Shown: positions 41,406 through 50,979 of the stretch, in pieces
Numbering within the stretch: position 1 is the stretch's first letter
Layout of the letters: every line of letters begins with the position of its first letter
From: Cenarchaeum sp.
GTDB lineage: Archaea > Thermoproteota > Nitrososphaeria > Nitrososphaerales > Nitrosopumilaceae
Direction of reading: 5' to 3'
NCBI GenBank assembly: GCA_965212015.1
Contig: OZ243037.1
Location: 32,001-96,000 of the forward strand
DNA length: 64,000 nucleotides
The notes under the pieces: generated by a model
Told to the model about the DNA's origin: nothing
Database searches by the model: none
What the model saw: only the letters and a program-made list of their open reading frames with translations
Made by a program: the position numbers and the translations under genes

Positions 41406-41685
41406 TTTTTTGCCGTGCCTAGTCATAGATCACGTTACTGAACCTCATAATCTGCAGATATGGGCAATGATAAACTCCTCTTTTAAGGAACTTGTTGCTC
41501 GTACTGTTCATCCGGCAGTCCACTATTGCGCGGGCCATAATCTCCGTGTTGTCGTATCAACTACAGGGTGTCTATACCCCACAATCGCCTCGGGCGGGGC
41601 AGAAAAGATGCCGGCGGCGATCTGACCGGTTGCGCGAATTTTCATCTAACGTTTATAAGAGCATATTCAATTTTTTGCGCTATAG

Positions 41686-42165
41686 ATGGCCCATTCAAGG
41701 ATATTGAGGAGACTAAGGGAGCAAAAAACCAACTACAAAAAGCGCAGCGGCATGCTCATGGGGCGCCGCGACTTTGTAACGGTCCAGATTACCAACGAAA
41801 ACACGCAGGTTCAGGTCCATACCCCAGAGATGGCAGGCGACAAGACTGTGGCCTCGGCGCATTCCAGGTACCTCTCATCGAAGGGCTGGAAGGGCTCGCG
41901 CAAAAACATCCCGGCCTCGTACCTTACGGGATACCTGGCGGGAAAAAAGGCAGTCAAGAACGGCTCCAAAAACGCCATAATGTACACCGGGACTAGAAAG
42001 TACACCGAAAGAATGGCAGCTGCGCTAAAGGGGGTAATTGATGCGGGCCTCGAGATTCCCGCCGACGCCGAAACGTTTCCGGCGCAGGAGAGAATCAACG
42101 GGGATCACCTGAATGTAAAAAACAATGTCATGCAGATAAAATCAAAGATAGACGAGGAAGCATAA
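41686..42165 (+). CDS. rpl18: 50S ribosomal protein L18
   Basis: RRLREQKTNYKKR, ASYLTGYLAG, GVIDAGLEIP. Confidence 0.95.
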   Translation: MAHSRILRRLREQKTNYKKRSGMLMGRRDFVTVQITNENTQVQVHTPEMAGDKTVASAHSRYLSSKGWKGSRKNIPASYLTGYLAGKKAVKNGSKNAIMYTGTRKYTERMAAALKGVIDAGLEIPADAETFPAQERINGDHLNVKNNVMQIKSKIDEEA

Positions 42166-42833
42166 TGAGTCACATGTCAAGACAATCACGGCCGCAGCGG
42201 GAATCGGGGGACCGACCACGGCGCAGGCGGGAGCCAAAACCCGAGCCGCCGTGGGTTCCGCAGACCGCGCTGGGACGGCTGGTTCATTCCGGCGGCGTCG
42301 CCTCGCTCGAGGAGATACTAGAGCAGGGCGGAAGGATACAGGAATCGGGAATCATAAAAAAACTGCTTCCGGATCTAAAGACCGAGGTAGTCGACGTGGG
42401 AATAATACAGAAAATGACGTCCAACGGCCAGTCGACCAGATTCAAGGCCATAGTTGCTGCCGGCAACGAAAACGGCTATCTTGGAATCGGGCAGGGAAAA
42501 TCCAAGCAGATGAGAATTGCAATTGAAAAGGCAAACAACCAGGCGCTGCTCAACGTCAGTCCGATCAAGCTCGGATGCGGCAGCTGGGAGTGCAGGTGTG
42601 ATCAAAAGCACTCCGTTCCATTCAAGGTAAGGGGAAAGGGCGGAAGCGTGGTAATCGAGATTCTTCCAGCGCCAAGGGGGCTTGGTCTTGTGGCCGGCGG
42701 AAAGATCCGGCGGCTGCTAGAGCTTGCCGGGCTCAAGGACGCATACACCACGGCAAAGGGTTCCACCCCGACGATGAACTCCACTTCAAAGGCGGTGCTT
42801 GAGTGTCTCAGGCAGACGTTCAGCCAGGGTTGA
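42165..42833 (+). CDS. rps5: 30S ribosomal protein S5
   Basis: WVPQTALGRLV, GCGSWEC, PAPRGLGLV. Confidence 0.96.
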   Translation: MSHMSRQSRPQRESGDRPRRRREPKPEPPWVPQTALGRLVHSGGVASLEEILEQGGRIQESGIIKKLLPDLKTEVVDVGIIQKMTSNGQSTRFKAIVAAGNENGYLGIGQGKSKQMRIAIEKANNQALLNVSPIKLGCGSWECRCDQKHSVPFKVRGKGGSVVIEILPAPRGLGLVAGGKIRRLLELAGLKDAYTTAKGSTPTMNSTSKAVLECLRQTFSQG

Positions 42834-42838
42834 TGCAC

Positions 42839-43306
42839 ATGGCAAAGGCGTATCTTGTTGTCCGAATAAAGGGGCAGGCCGACGTGCCGCACTGGGCCCG
42901 GACCACGCTGCAGCTATTAAAGCTGGAGAAAAAATACCGCGCCACGATTCTGCCGGTGCGCGAAAACACGCTGGGAATGCTAAACAAGGTAAAGCACTAT
43001 GTCTCGTGGCACGAAGTCGACTCTGTACTGGCAAAGGAGCTGCTAGACAAAAAGGGCAGAAAGTCCGGCTACAAAAAGATAACAGACGCGGATTTGGGCG
43101 ACACCGAATACAAGACGATAGGCGGGCTGGCAGACGCGCTGGCAGAGGGCAGGGCCTCTCTCTCAAAGCTGAGGCCGCTAAAGCCGTGGTTTGCGCTCGC
43201 GCCGCCAAGGCACGGCTTTAAGCGAAGCACAAAGCGCCTGTACGGACAAAAGGGCGTCCTTGGCCCCAACAAGGATCTTGGGGCCCTAGTGAGGAACATG
43301 ATATAG
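42839..43306 (+). CDS. rpl30: 50S ribosomal protein L30
   Basis: YLVVRIKG...LQLLKL...FALAPPRHGF. Confidence 0.94.
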   Translation: MAKAYLVVRIKGQADVPHWARTTLQLLKLEKKYRATILPVRENTLGMLNKVKHYVSWHEVDSVLAKELLDKKGRKSGYKKITDADLGDTEYKTIGGLADALAEGRASLSKLRPLKPWFALAPPRHGFKRSTKRLYGQKGVLGPNKDLGALVRNMI

Positions 43307-43307
43307 C

Positions 43308-43733
43308 ATGGCCACCAGAAACAGAAAGACCAGAAGGTTCAGGGGATCGCGCACACACGGCTGGGGACAGGTGGGCCAGCACAGGGCCAGCGGCCACAAG
43401 GGCGGAGTGGGCGTCTCGGGGCAGCTAAAGCACCACTTTAGCAGCATGCTCAAGGAAAACCCGGATCACTTTGGCCACGAATCGAGCCGTCCCCCGCATC
43501 CCATAGTCGCCAAAAAATGGGCCAGCGTGAGGGATCTTGACGATCTGTTTGCAAAGTTCGGGCAAAAAGACGCAGAAAAAAAGGTGATAGATCTTGACGG
43601 AAACGGATACGACAAGCTGCTAGGCGGCGGCAGCGTCTCTGTCGCATATACGGTCAAAGTAAGGCGGTTTACTGCTTCTGCCGAGGAAAAAATCAAAAAG
43701 ACAGGCGGCGAGGTGCTGGCACAAAATGGCTGA
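43308..43733 (+). CDS. rpl15: 50S ribosomal protein L15
   Basis: RGSRTHGWG...HRASGHKGG...KLLGGG. Confidence 0.95.
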   Translation: MATRNRKTRRFRGSRTHGWGQVGQHRASGHKGGVGVSGQLKHHFSSMLKENPDHFGHESSRPPHPIVAKKWASVRDLDDLFAKFGQKDAEKKVIDLDGNGYDKLLGGGSVSVAYTVKVRRFTASAEEKIKKTGGEVLAQNG

Positions 43734-45162
43734 GGGTTCTGCCACTGCGTTTATCAGAAAGATGGTGCTAATAGTAGAGCCGTACCTTCCGCAGGTTCCA
43801 AAGCCCAAAAAGAAGCTCACCCTGCAGACAAAGCTGCTGTGGTGCGGCTTGGCGCTGCTCATCTATATGGTGATGGCGCAAACACCCCTGTTTGGCGCAA
43901 CCGTGCCCGAGTTTGACTTTCTCGAGTTTGCAAGGGTAATCTTTGCGTCCCAGCAGGGAACGCTAGTGGAGCTCGGAATAGGGCCGATAGTCACCGCCGG
44001 ACTATTAATGCAGCTGCTCAGGGGCTCTGAGATTCTAAAGTTCGACTTTAAAAAGCCCGAGGAGCGGGGGATATTTCAGACTGCGACAAAGATGGTGACA
44101 TACGTGGTAATAGTCGCCGAGTCCTCGGTATACGGAATCGCAGTGTACGGCCCGGGCATCACCGATCCGGGCATACTGTATATTTTGATCGGGCAGCTGA
44201 TGGCCGCATCTGTGATCATTATGTTCCTCGATGAGCTGATTCAGAAGGGATGGGGCCTGGGCAGCGGCATCAGCCTCTTTATAATGGCCGGCGTGGCGCA
44301 GCAGATCCTGTGGAGCCTGTTTAGCCCGCTTCCGGCCGGCGACGGCTTTTCAATAGGGATATTCCCGTTCATCGGGCAGTGGGCGTCTGCGGGACTGGGG
44401 GACTTTGCGGACATTTTCTTTAGGTACAACCAGCTTCCGAGCATATTCGGGCTGCTGCTGACAGGCGGCATACTGCTCATACTGGTGTACACGCAGGGAA
44501 TGAAGGTAGAGATTCCCATAGTCTCGACCAAGTACAGGGGCTTTTCTGCGACATACCCGATAAAGCTAATGTACGTCTCAAACATTCCCGTCATTCTGGC
44601 ATCAGCACTAACTGCAAACGCGATATTCATAGGACAATTGTTCTGGGCCAACCTGAACCCGCGCAACGACAATGTGTTTTTCAACATACTGGGGCAGTTT
44701 GATCCGACCAGCCCGTCGACTCCGACGGGCGGGCTGATATACTTTGTCACGCCGCCGCGTGGCCTGGAGCTGGCAGCAGAAGATCCCATACGCGCAGTCG
44801 GATACGTCATATTCATGATCATAATAGTGGTGGTGTTCGGCAAGCTGTGGGTGGAGCTTGGCGGCCTCTCGCCCAAGAGCGCGGCGAAAAACCTGCTGGA
44901 TGCAGACGTGCAGGTCCCCGGATTCCGGAGATCCAACCAGCCAATCGAGGTGCTGCTAAACAAGTACATACCGTCCGTCACGCTAATCGGCTCGATGATT
45001 CTCGGGCTGCTAGCCGGCGTCTCTGATGTTCTCGGCGTGTTTGGCAGCGGAATCGGCATACTGCTCATGGTCGACATTCTGATCAACTACTATAACCAGC
45101 TCGTGCGGGAGCAGGTCGAAGTTGTAATGCCGCGGCTTGGTGCGTTGCTTGGCAGAAAATAA
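43726..45162 (+). CDS. secY: Protein translocase subunit SecY
   Basis: TLVELGIGPIVTAG, KGWGLGSGISLFI, YPIKLMYVSNIPVIL. Confidence 0.97.
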   Translation: MAEGSATAFIRKMVLIVEPYLPQVPKPKKKLTLQTKLLWCGLALLIYMVMAQTPLFGATVPEFDFLEFARVIFASQQGTLVELGIGPIVTAGLLMQLLRGSEILKFDFKKPEERGIFQTATKMVTYVVIVAESSVYGIAVYGPGITDPGILYILIGQLMAASVIIMFLDELIQKGWGLGSGISLFIMAGVAQQILWSLFSPLPAGDGFSIGIFPFIGQWASAGLGDFADIFFRYNQLPSIFGLLLTGGILLILVYTQGMKVEIPIVSTKYRGFSATYPIKLMYVSNIPVILASALTANAIFIGQLFWANLNPRNDNVFFNILGQFDPTSPSTPTGGLIYFVTPPRGLELAAEDPIRAVGYVIFMIIIVVVFGKLWVELGGLSPKSAAKNLLDADVQVPGFRRSNQPIEVLLNKYIPSVTLIGSMILGLLAGVSDVLGVFGSGIGILLMVDILINYYNQLVREQVEVVMPRLGALLGRK

Positions 45163-45727
45163 AAGGATAATCATAGTGGGCATTCCCGGGGTGGGAAAGA
45201 CCACGCTGGTCGCAAAACTAGTCGACTTTCTCTCCGAAAAGGGCCGGACCGTGACGGTGGTAAGCTTTGGAACCGTAATGCTGGAGGAGGCAAAAAAAAG
45301 GGGGCTTGCAGACCGGGATCAGCTCAGAAAACTCCCCTTTGACGAGCAGCGGGCGCTGCAAAAGTCCGCCGCGCAGGCAATCGCCGGGCTGACTGACGAC
45401 TATATAATGGTCGACACGCACGCGTTCATACACACAGAGTCCGGGTACTATCCTGGCCTTCCGGAGCACGTCCTGCGGCTGATTGATCCGGCGAACCTCA
45501 TCTCCGTATACGCAAAGCCCGAGGACATTTACAACCGGCGGCTAAACGACGAGACGCGCAACCGCGACAAGATATCCATCGACGGGATAAAAAAGGAGCT
45601 CTCCTACAACCAGTCGCTGCTTTCTGCGTGCTCTGTAATCACGGGCGCGCCAATCAAGGCGGTCCTGAATCCGGAGGGAAAGGTTGAAGAGGCCGCACAG
45701 CGGGTAATAAGGGCAATAGGGATGTAG
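45149..45727 (+). CDS. adkA: Archaeal adenylate kinase
   Basis: GIPGVGKTT, VDTH, GYYPGLP. Confidence 0.93.
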   Translation: MAENKRIIIVGIPGVGKTTLVAKLVDFLSEKGRTVTVVSFGTVMLEEAKKRGLADRDQLRKLPFDEQRALQKSAAQAIAGLTDDYIMVDTHAFIHTESGYYPGLPEHVLRLIDPANLISVYAKPEDIYNRRLNDETRNRDKISIDGIKKELSYNQSLLSACSVITGAPIKAVLNPEGKVEEAAQRVIRAIGM

Positions 45728-45728
45728 G

Positions 45729-46358
45729 ATGGAGGCGAATTTTATACTGCTGTTCTTTGAGGGCGTCTTTTTGCAGGGGGACTTTTTCGGCCTCGGAGGA
45801 GACAGGGGGGCCCTTGGCAGCGACGACCCGCTGATAAAGGGCGTGACATTCACGCTGTTTGCAGTCACGGGGTTCGGAATACTGCTCAACCTGTTCAACT
45901 CTGCGATACGCAAAAAGATGATAGACCAGGTAAAGCTCAGGCGGATAATGAAGGAGACGCGCTCCTGGCAAAAGGAGAGGATGGCTGCGTTTCGCTCAAA
46001 GGATCTCAACAAGCAGGCGGATCTCAACAAGAAATCGTCATACATGAACAAGATGAACATGGAGATAATGCAGATGAACATGCGGCCCATGATGATCACG
46101 TTCGTGCCGCTGATACTGATATTTTATTTCGTCCTGCCGCAGCTGTTCACCTATACCGTGGCGCTCTCGCCGATACCGCTCAACGTCATTCCCGGCGACT
46201 TTTTCCAGCTTACCTGTACGGCCGAGCAGGCAGCAGATCCGGAGCACGTATGCGAGCAGGAGGACTCGCTGTACCTCTGGGCGTGGTACTTTCTCTCGTC
46301 AATCGCATTTAGCGGCATAATAATGAAGCTGACCAAGACGTCGATGGATCTCAGTTGA
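45729..46358 (+). CDS. EMC3/TMCO1 (DUF106) membrane insertase
   Basis: TM-coiled coil-MRPMMITFVP-TM...WYFLSS; secY-adk synteny. Confidence 0.88.
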   Translation: MEANFILLFFEGVFLQGDFFGLGGDRGALGSDDPLIKGVTFTLFAVTGFGILLNLFNSAIRKKMIDQVKLRRIMKETRSWQKERMAAFRSKDLNKQADLNKKSSYMNKMNMEIMQMNMRPMMITFVPLILIFYFVLPQLFTYTVALSPIPLNVIPGDFFQLTCTAEQAADPEHVCEQEDSLYLWAWYFLSSIAFSGIIMKLTKTSMDLS

Positions 46359-46915
46359 AAAAATCGGTAATCATCTCTGGGCCGCCGGCGGTGGGCAAGA
46401 CCACCGTGGCACGCGCGCTTTCTGCGCGGTTCGGACTGGAGTATATGGGCGGGGGCGACGCACTCAAGGAGCTTGCGCGCAGGCAGGGCTTTGAGCTCGG
46501 CGGCGAGGACTGGTGGGACACGCAGGACGGCATGAGGTTTTTGGAGCGGCGCTCTGCAAACCCAGAGTTTGACAGGCAGGTCGATGACATGCTCAAGGAG
46601 GCGTTTTACCGCGGCGGGGCGGTGATTACCAGCTATACCCTTGCGTGGCTGGTCGACGGCGGCGTCAAAATCTGGCTTGCCGGCTCGCACGAAAACAGCG
46701 CAGCGCGCATGCAGGGCCGCGACAATATCGCAAAAAAAGACGCCCTTGCCATCACGGAAAAGCGCTATATGAAAAACAAGGACCTGTACAAGAGGCTGTA
46801 CGGATTCGAGTTCGGAAGGGACGGCAAGATATTTGACGTCGTCATTGACACAGACGACCTCGGCGCAGAACAGGTAATTGCGGCGGCCGTATCTGCGGTG
46901 GGAGAACTGCTTTGA
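46355..46915 (+). CDS. cmk: Cytidylate kinase, archaeal type
   Basis: ISGPPAVGKTT, FDRQVD, YKRLYG, FDVVIDT. Confidence 0.88.
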   Translation: MKKSVIISGPPAVGKTTVARALSARFGLEYMGGGDALKELARRQGFELGGEDWWDTQDGMRFLERRSANPEFDRQVDDMLKEAFYRGGAVITSYTLAWLVDGGVKIWLAGSHENSAARMQGRDNIAKKDALAITEKRYMKNKDLYKRLYGFEFGRDGKIFDVVIDTDDLGAEQVIAAAVSAVGELL

Positions 46916-47922
46916 CTCTAAAGCAGCTTGAGGGCCTGCGGGTAATTGATCAGGACATTACGGATGATGCGCACGGGACATACTATGACAAAAGAACCAT
47001 AGAGCAGCTATTCGAGTACGGGATAATACTGCTAGACAAGCCGCCGGGGCCGACTAGCCACGAGACTGTGGCGTGGACCAAGAGGATACTAAAGCTGCCA
47101 AAGATAGGCCACAGCGGGACGCTGGATCCCCAGGTCTCCGGCGTGCTGCCGCTTGGCCTGGGCGAGGCCACCAAGGCCCTCGGCGTGCTGCTCCTGGGCC
47201 CAAAGGAATACCACGCACTGGGAAGGTTCCACTCGCTTCCGACCGGCGAAAAGCTAGACGGCGTACTGGGCATGTTTTGCGGCGAGATATTCCAAAAGCC
47301 GCCGCAGCGCTCATCGGTACTACGAAAGACCAGGGTGAGAAAAATCCACGAGCTGGAGCTGCTTGAGCAAAAGGAGCGGCTCGTGCTGCTGCGCGTACTG
47401 TGCGAGGCTGGCACCTACATACGCAAGCTGTTCTACGACATGGGCGAGGTGCTAGAATACGGTGCTACCATGATTGAGCTGCGCAGGACGCGCGTGGACC
47501 AGTTCTGCGAGCAGGCCGGCCTGATCACGATGCACGAGCTGGCAGACGCGTACGCCGTATGGGAGGAGAAACGCGACGATTCCAAGATAATAAAGATGAT
47601 ACGCCCCGTCGAGGAGGCCCTCAGCGAGATTAAATCCGTGGTAATACGCGACTCTGCCGTCGACGCAATGTGCCACGGCGCGCAGCTGGCCATTCCGGGA
47701 ATCCTGCAGGTATCGTACGGCCTCGGAGTGGGGGACTTGGTCGGGATATACACGCAAAAAGGCGAGATAGTCGCCCTTGCCGAAGCTACAATGGAGGCAG
47801 ACGACATTGCGGACAATGTAAAGGGGTACGCCTTTACCACCAGGCGGATAATCATGGCGCCAGGCACGTATCCGAAAAACTGGCGCTCCAAAAACTCCCA
47901 CAAGAATGCGGGGAAGAATTGA
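46912..47922 (+). CDS. cbf5: H/ACA pseudouridine synthase Cbf5
   Basis: LDKPPGPTSHE, GHSGTLDP, CEAGTYIR, PUA domain. Confidence 0.96.
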   Translation: MTLKQLEGLRVIDQDITDDAHGTYYDKRTIEQLFEYGIILLDKPPGPTSHETVAWTKRILKLPKIGHSGTLDPQVSGVLPLGLGEATKALGVLLLGPKEYHALGRFHSLPTGEKLDGVLGMFCGEIFQKPPQRSSVLRKTRVRKIHELELLEQKERLVLLRVLCEAGTYIRKLFYDMGEVLEYGATMIELRRTRVDQFCEQAGLITMHELADAYAVWEEKRDDSKIIKMIRPVEEALSEIKSVVIRDSAVDAMCHGAQLAIPGILQVSYGLGVGDLVGIYTQKGEIVALAEATMEADDIADNVKGYAFTTRRIIMAPGTYPKNWRSKNSHKNAGKN

Positions 47923-48356
47923 TCCCGAGGGGGCTGGCAGTATCTGTTGGGGCAGGCGCAGTACTGGCAGCCGTACTAGGGGTGATTCTAATTGATCTCA
48001 AGGGCGTCCAGCTAGAGTTCGTCGACGGCGCGTCGCTTTCGCTGGTGACAGAGGGGACGGACTTTAAGAAAGGCCAGGCAATCCCGGTGCGAATAGTAAA
48101 CTCGGGGACCGTGCCGCTGTCTTTTCCGGACACGTCATACGGGACGCGCGTAACGCAGCTTGACGGAATCGCCGTGTATTCTGCCGGCCGGGCAGAGTCC
48201 GTCCTAGGGCCGGGCGAGGAGAACCTGTTTGTCTGGCACCAGATCAAGGACGGCGGCGAGGAGGTGCTGCACGGGACATACAGGATAGTCACAGAAGCTC
48301 TTGCCTCCGACCAGACCATGCTGAGGGAATCAGTCACGATTAACATATTCCGGTGA
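47919..48356 (+). CDS. Membrane-anchored hypothetical protein (Ig-like)
   Basis: TTG start overlapping the cbf5 stop; N-terminal TM followed by a beta-rich domain. Confidence 0.7.
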   Translation: MIPRGLAVSVGAGAVLAAVLGVILIDLKGVQLEFVDGASLSLVTEGTDFKKGQAIPVRIVNSGTVPLSFPDTSYGTRVTQLDGIAVYSAGRAESVLGPGEENLFVWHQIKDGGEEVLHGTYRIVTEALASDQTMLRESVTINIFR

Positions 48357-48703
48357 AGCGCAACCGGCGGTGACTTGCAGTTGGGACGGTTGCCGGCGGT
48401 ACGGGCAAACGTTGAGGTGTGATCATGCTTGTGCGTGGTCTATGGTACGGAATGACGAATGGAGAATTTCAGAGACGCAAAACGAATCACTGCATCCGTC
48501 CACGGACAGGAGCTTGCGAATTTTGAATCCGCCATGTGGCGCCAAGCTTCCAAGGCCGGGATTGGCGGGGACGATGTTGGGATGACTAGTCTTCCGGCAG
48601 AACACTCTTGGGGGCTTGGATGCCTGTGGATTAAATGGAACCATACTGGCAATTTCACGCTCAGACGAGAATTTTAATAATAGTAAATGTTACAAATCAT
48701 GAT

Positions 48704-49975
48704 TTGCTAAGAACAAAAATCTTACAGGACATTAGAATGGAAAACATCAAGGTAGAGAATTTCAAAAGCTTCAACAGTATTGATCTGGCTTTGGGAAACC
48801 TAAATGTATTGATTGGTGCAAATGCATCTGGAAAATCCAATTTCACCCAAATTTTTAATTTTCTGCACGATGTCACCATATATGGTTTGGATAACGCCAT
48901 ATCTTTGCAGGGTGGAATAGAATTTTTACAAAATTTTAAAAACAAACCTGACAAAAATTTGGTTTTTGAATTGAGCCTTTCAATAAGATCCGATTTTTGG
49001 CTTCCTTTCTTTATGGTGAAAAAAACCCCTTTTGTAAATAAACTTACTAAAGCAGTTTATAGATTTGAGATTAAATTGGGGAAAAAATCTGGTTTCCAAA
49101 TAATTGATGATCGTTTGAAAATGTTTTGTGAATTTAAGAATATTTCGGAACCAGACAGTAAAAAATGGGATGAAAAAATCATAATATATAAAAACAAGAA
49201 TAAAATTGCCGTTAAAATCGACTCTGAAAATAAGATTAAGATGAAAGAAAAAGACTTCTATTTTTTCCCTGATGACAATAAACTATCAAGCAAGGAATTG
49301 ATTTTAAATAATGATATGCTTTCTTTTTTATTACGTCCACAACTTGGAAATTATCTACGGGAACTGATCGTTTATGATTTTGATCCAAAACTGGCAAAAA
49401 AATTAGTTGACTTGAAAGGAAAGATTGACTTGGAAAATGACGGTTCAAATTTAGCCATAGTGCTAAAAGATATCATTGAAAATAAAGAACAAAAAAGAAA
49501 ATTCATCAATTTGATAACTGAACTTTTGCCGTTTATCCGGAGCGTTGAGATTGAAAAATCCGCGGACAAGTCTATTTTATTCAAATTAACAGAAATATAT
49601 TTTAAAAATCAACAATTGCCATCGAGTTTAATTTCAGACGGTACCGTAAACATGACTGCGGTAATTCTTGCATTATTTTTTCAAGAAAAACCACTAATAA
49701 TAATAGAAGAGCCAGAGAAAAACATCCATCCCTCATTAATTGTGAAATTGGTGGAAATAATCAAAGATGCATCAAAACTGTCCCAAATCATACTCACCAC
49801 CCACAATCCAGAACTGATCAGACATGTGGGAATTGAGAATATTTATCTGGTAAGCAGGGATGATGATGGATTTTCAGACATTACCAAACCACAAAAATCC
49901 CTCGAGGTTAAAAAATTTCTAAAACATGAAATGCAGATTGAAGAGTTGTATGTACAAAATCTTTTAGGTGATTAG
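48704..49975 (+). CDS. ABC/AAA_21-type ATPase (OLD/AriA-like)
   Basis: VENFKS, LIGANASGKSN, ISDGT, IIIEEPEKNIHP, IILTTHNP; AT-rich; start uncertain (48704-48737). Confidence 0.88.
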   Translation: MLRTKILQDIRMENIKVENFKSFNSIDLALGNLNVLIGANASGKSNFTQIFNFLHDVTIYGLDNAISLQGGIEFLQNFKNKPDKNLVFELSLSIRSDFWLPFFMVKKTPFVNKLTKAVYRFEIKLGKKSGFQIIDDRLKMFCEFKNISEPDSKKWDEKIIIYKNKNKIAVKIDSENKIKMKEKDFYFFPDDNKLSSKELILNNDMLSFLLRPQLGNYLRELIVYDFDPKLAKKLVDLKGKIDLENDGSNLAIVLKDIIENKEQKRKFINLITELLPFIRSVEIEKSADKSILFKLTEIYFKNQQLPSSLISDGTVNMTAVILALFFQEKPLIIIEEPEKNIHPSLIVKLVEIIKDASKLSQIILTTHNPELIRHVGIENIYLVSRDDDGFSDITKPQKSLEVKKFLKHEMQIEELYVQNLLGD

Positions 49976-50509
49976 CATAAAAATACTGTATGTATTGTTG
50001 GAAGGATCAGATGATGAGCGTTTTTTTAATTCTGTCTTGAGGGAGAAATTTACGAACAAATATGATCACATAAAACCATACAAGTATCCCAAAGCTCAAA
50101 AAAGCGGTTAAAAACATTCATTGAGGCGTTAAACAAGGAAAAAACCCACTATCTTGTTTTGACTGATTTTGATGCTGCAAAATGCATGACGGATAAAAAA
50201 CAGCAGTTTCGGGCACAAAAAACCCGTAATGTTGATGTTTCGAGATTGTTCATAGTAAAACCAATGATTGAAAGTTGGTATTTGGCCGGATTGGATTCCA
50301 AATCATCTCGCTCCTTGATGATCGTTTATCGTTCAAATACGGATGACATCACTAAAGAACAATTTGAACAATTAATGTCAGATAAATATTCTTCAAAAAT
50401 TGACTTTATGATTGAAATACTTAAAAAATTTGATTACAATACCGCAGTCAAACAAAACACATCATTCCAATATTTTGATCTAAAATACAAGATCCGCCTG
50501 GGTTTTTGA
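49968..50509 (+). pseudogene. TOPRIM-like (DUF4276/DUF4435-like) partner of the ATPase, frameshifted near 50087
   Basis: Frame 1 MISIKILYVLLEGSDDERFF...YKY; second frame QSSKKRLKTFIEAL...LVLTDFD...MIESWYLAG. EGxDD, DxD and IESWYL motifs; one base missing at TATCCCAAAGC. Confidence 0.75.
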
Positions 50510-50838
50510 AGCCACATTGTCGATCATAAATTATTTTGCTTTACAGGCTATGCTCTAAATAATGATAAACGTTCAAATTGTTTCTGAAATGCTCTGATAT
50601 GGGTACGCGAAAAAGTTCATGAGATATTAAAGTAGCAAAGTCTGATCTACCAATTGGGAATTTTGTCTAAAAGATTGTCCGAGCCGCATGAACTTTGGAT
50701 CTTACCTATAGCATTACCACATTTTCTCTACAATCTCGTAATGCTCAGAATGGACCAGCTCGTACTCGACCAATCTCCAGCATTCTTCGATGGCTCCGAG
50801 TTACGGTCAGTATGCGATGGTGGATTGTCAGTAATGAT

Positions 50839-50924
50839 CATGACGTCATACCGGTGTGAATTGGACAGCCTTGACACGGGTAGGAGGATTACGGTATGAG
50901 GTCAAAGACTTGTGATATAGGGAT
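50839..50924 (+). mobile_element. Degenerate right end of the same IS5 element
   Basis: CATGACGTCATACCGGTGTG...ACACGGGTAGGAGGATTACGGTATGAGGT...TTGTGATATAGGGA aligns with the copy-1 right end. Confidence 0.75.
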
Positions 50925-50979
50925 ACCTCGATGTAATTTGATCTTTTCTGAATCTTTAAACCAAAAAATATAATTATTT

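Noticed and set aside
31425-45162. rpl32e-rpl19e separated from rpl18-rps5-secY
   Set aside because: As far as I recall this split and the intervening pckA-sod-ftsY-argF order are shared with Nitrosopumilaceae, so it is not novel.
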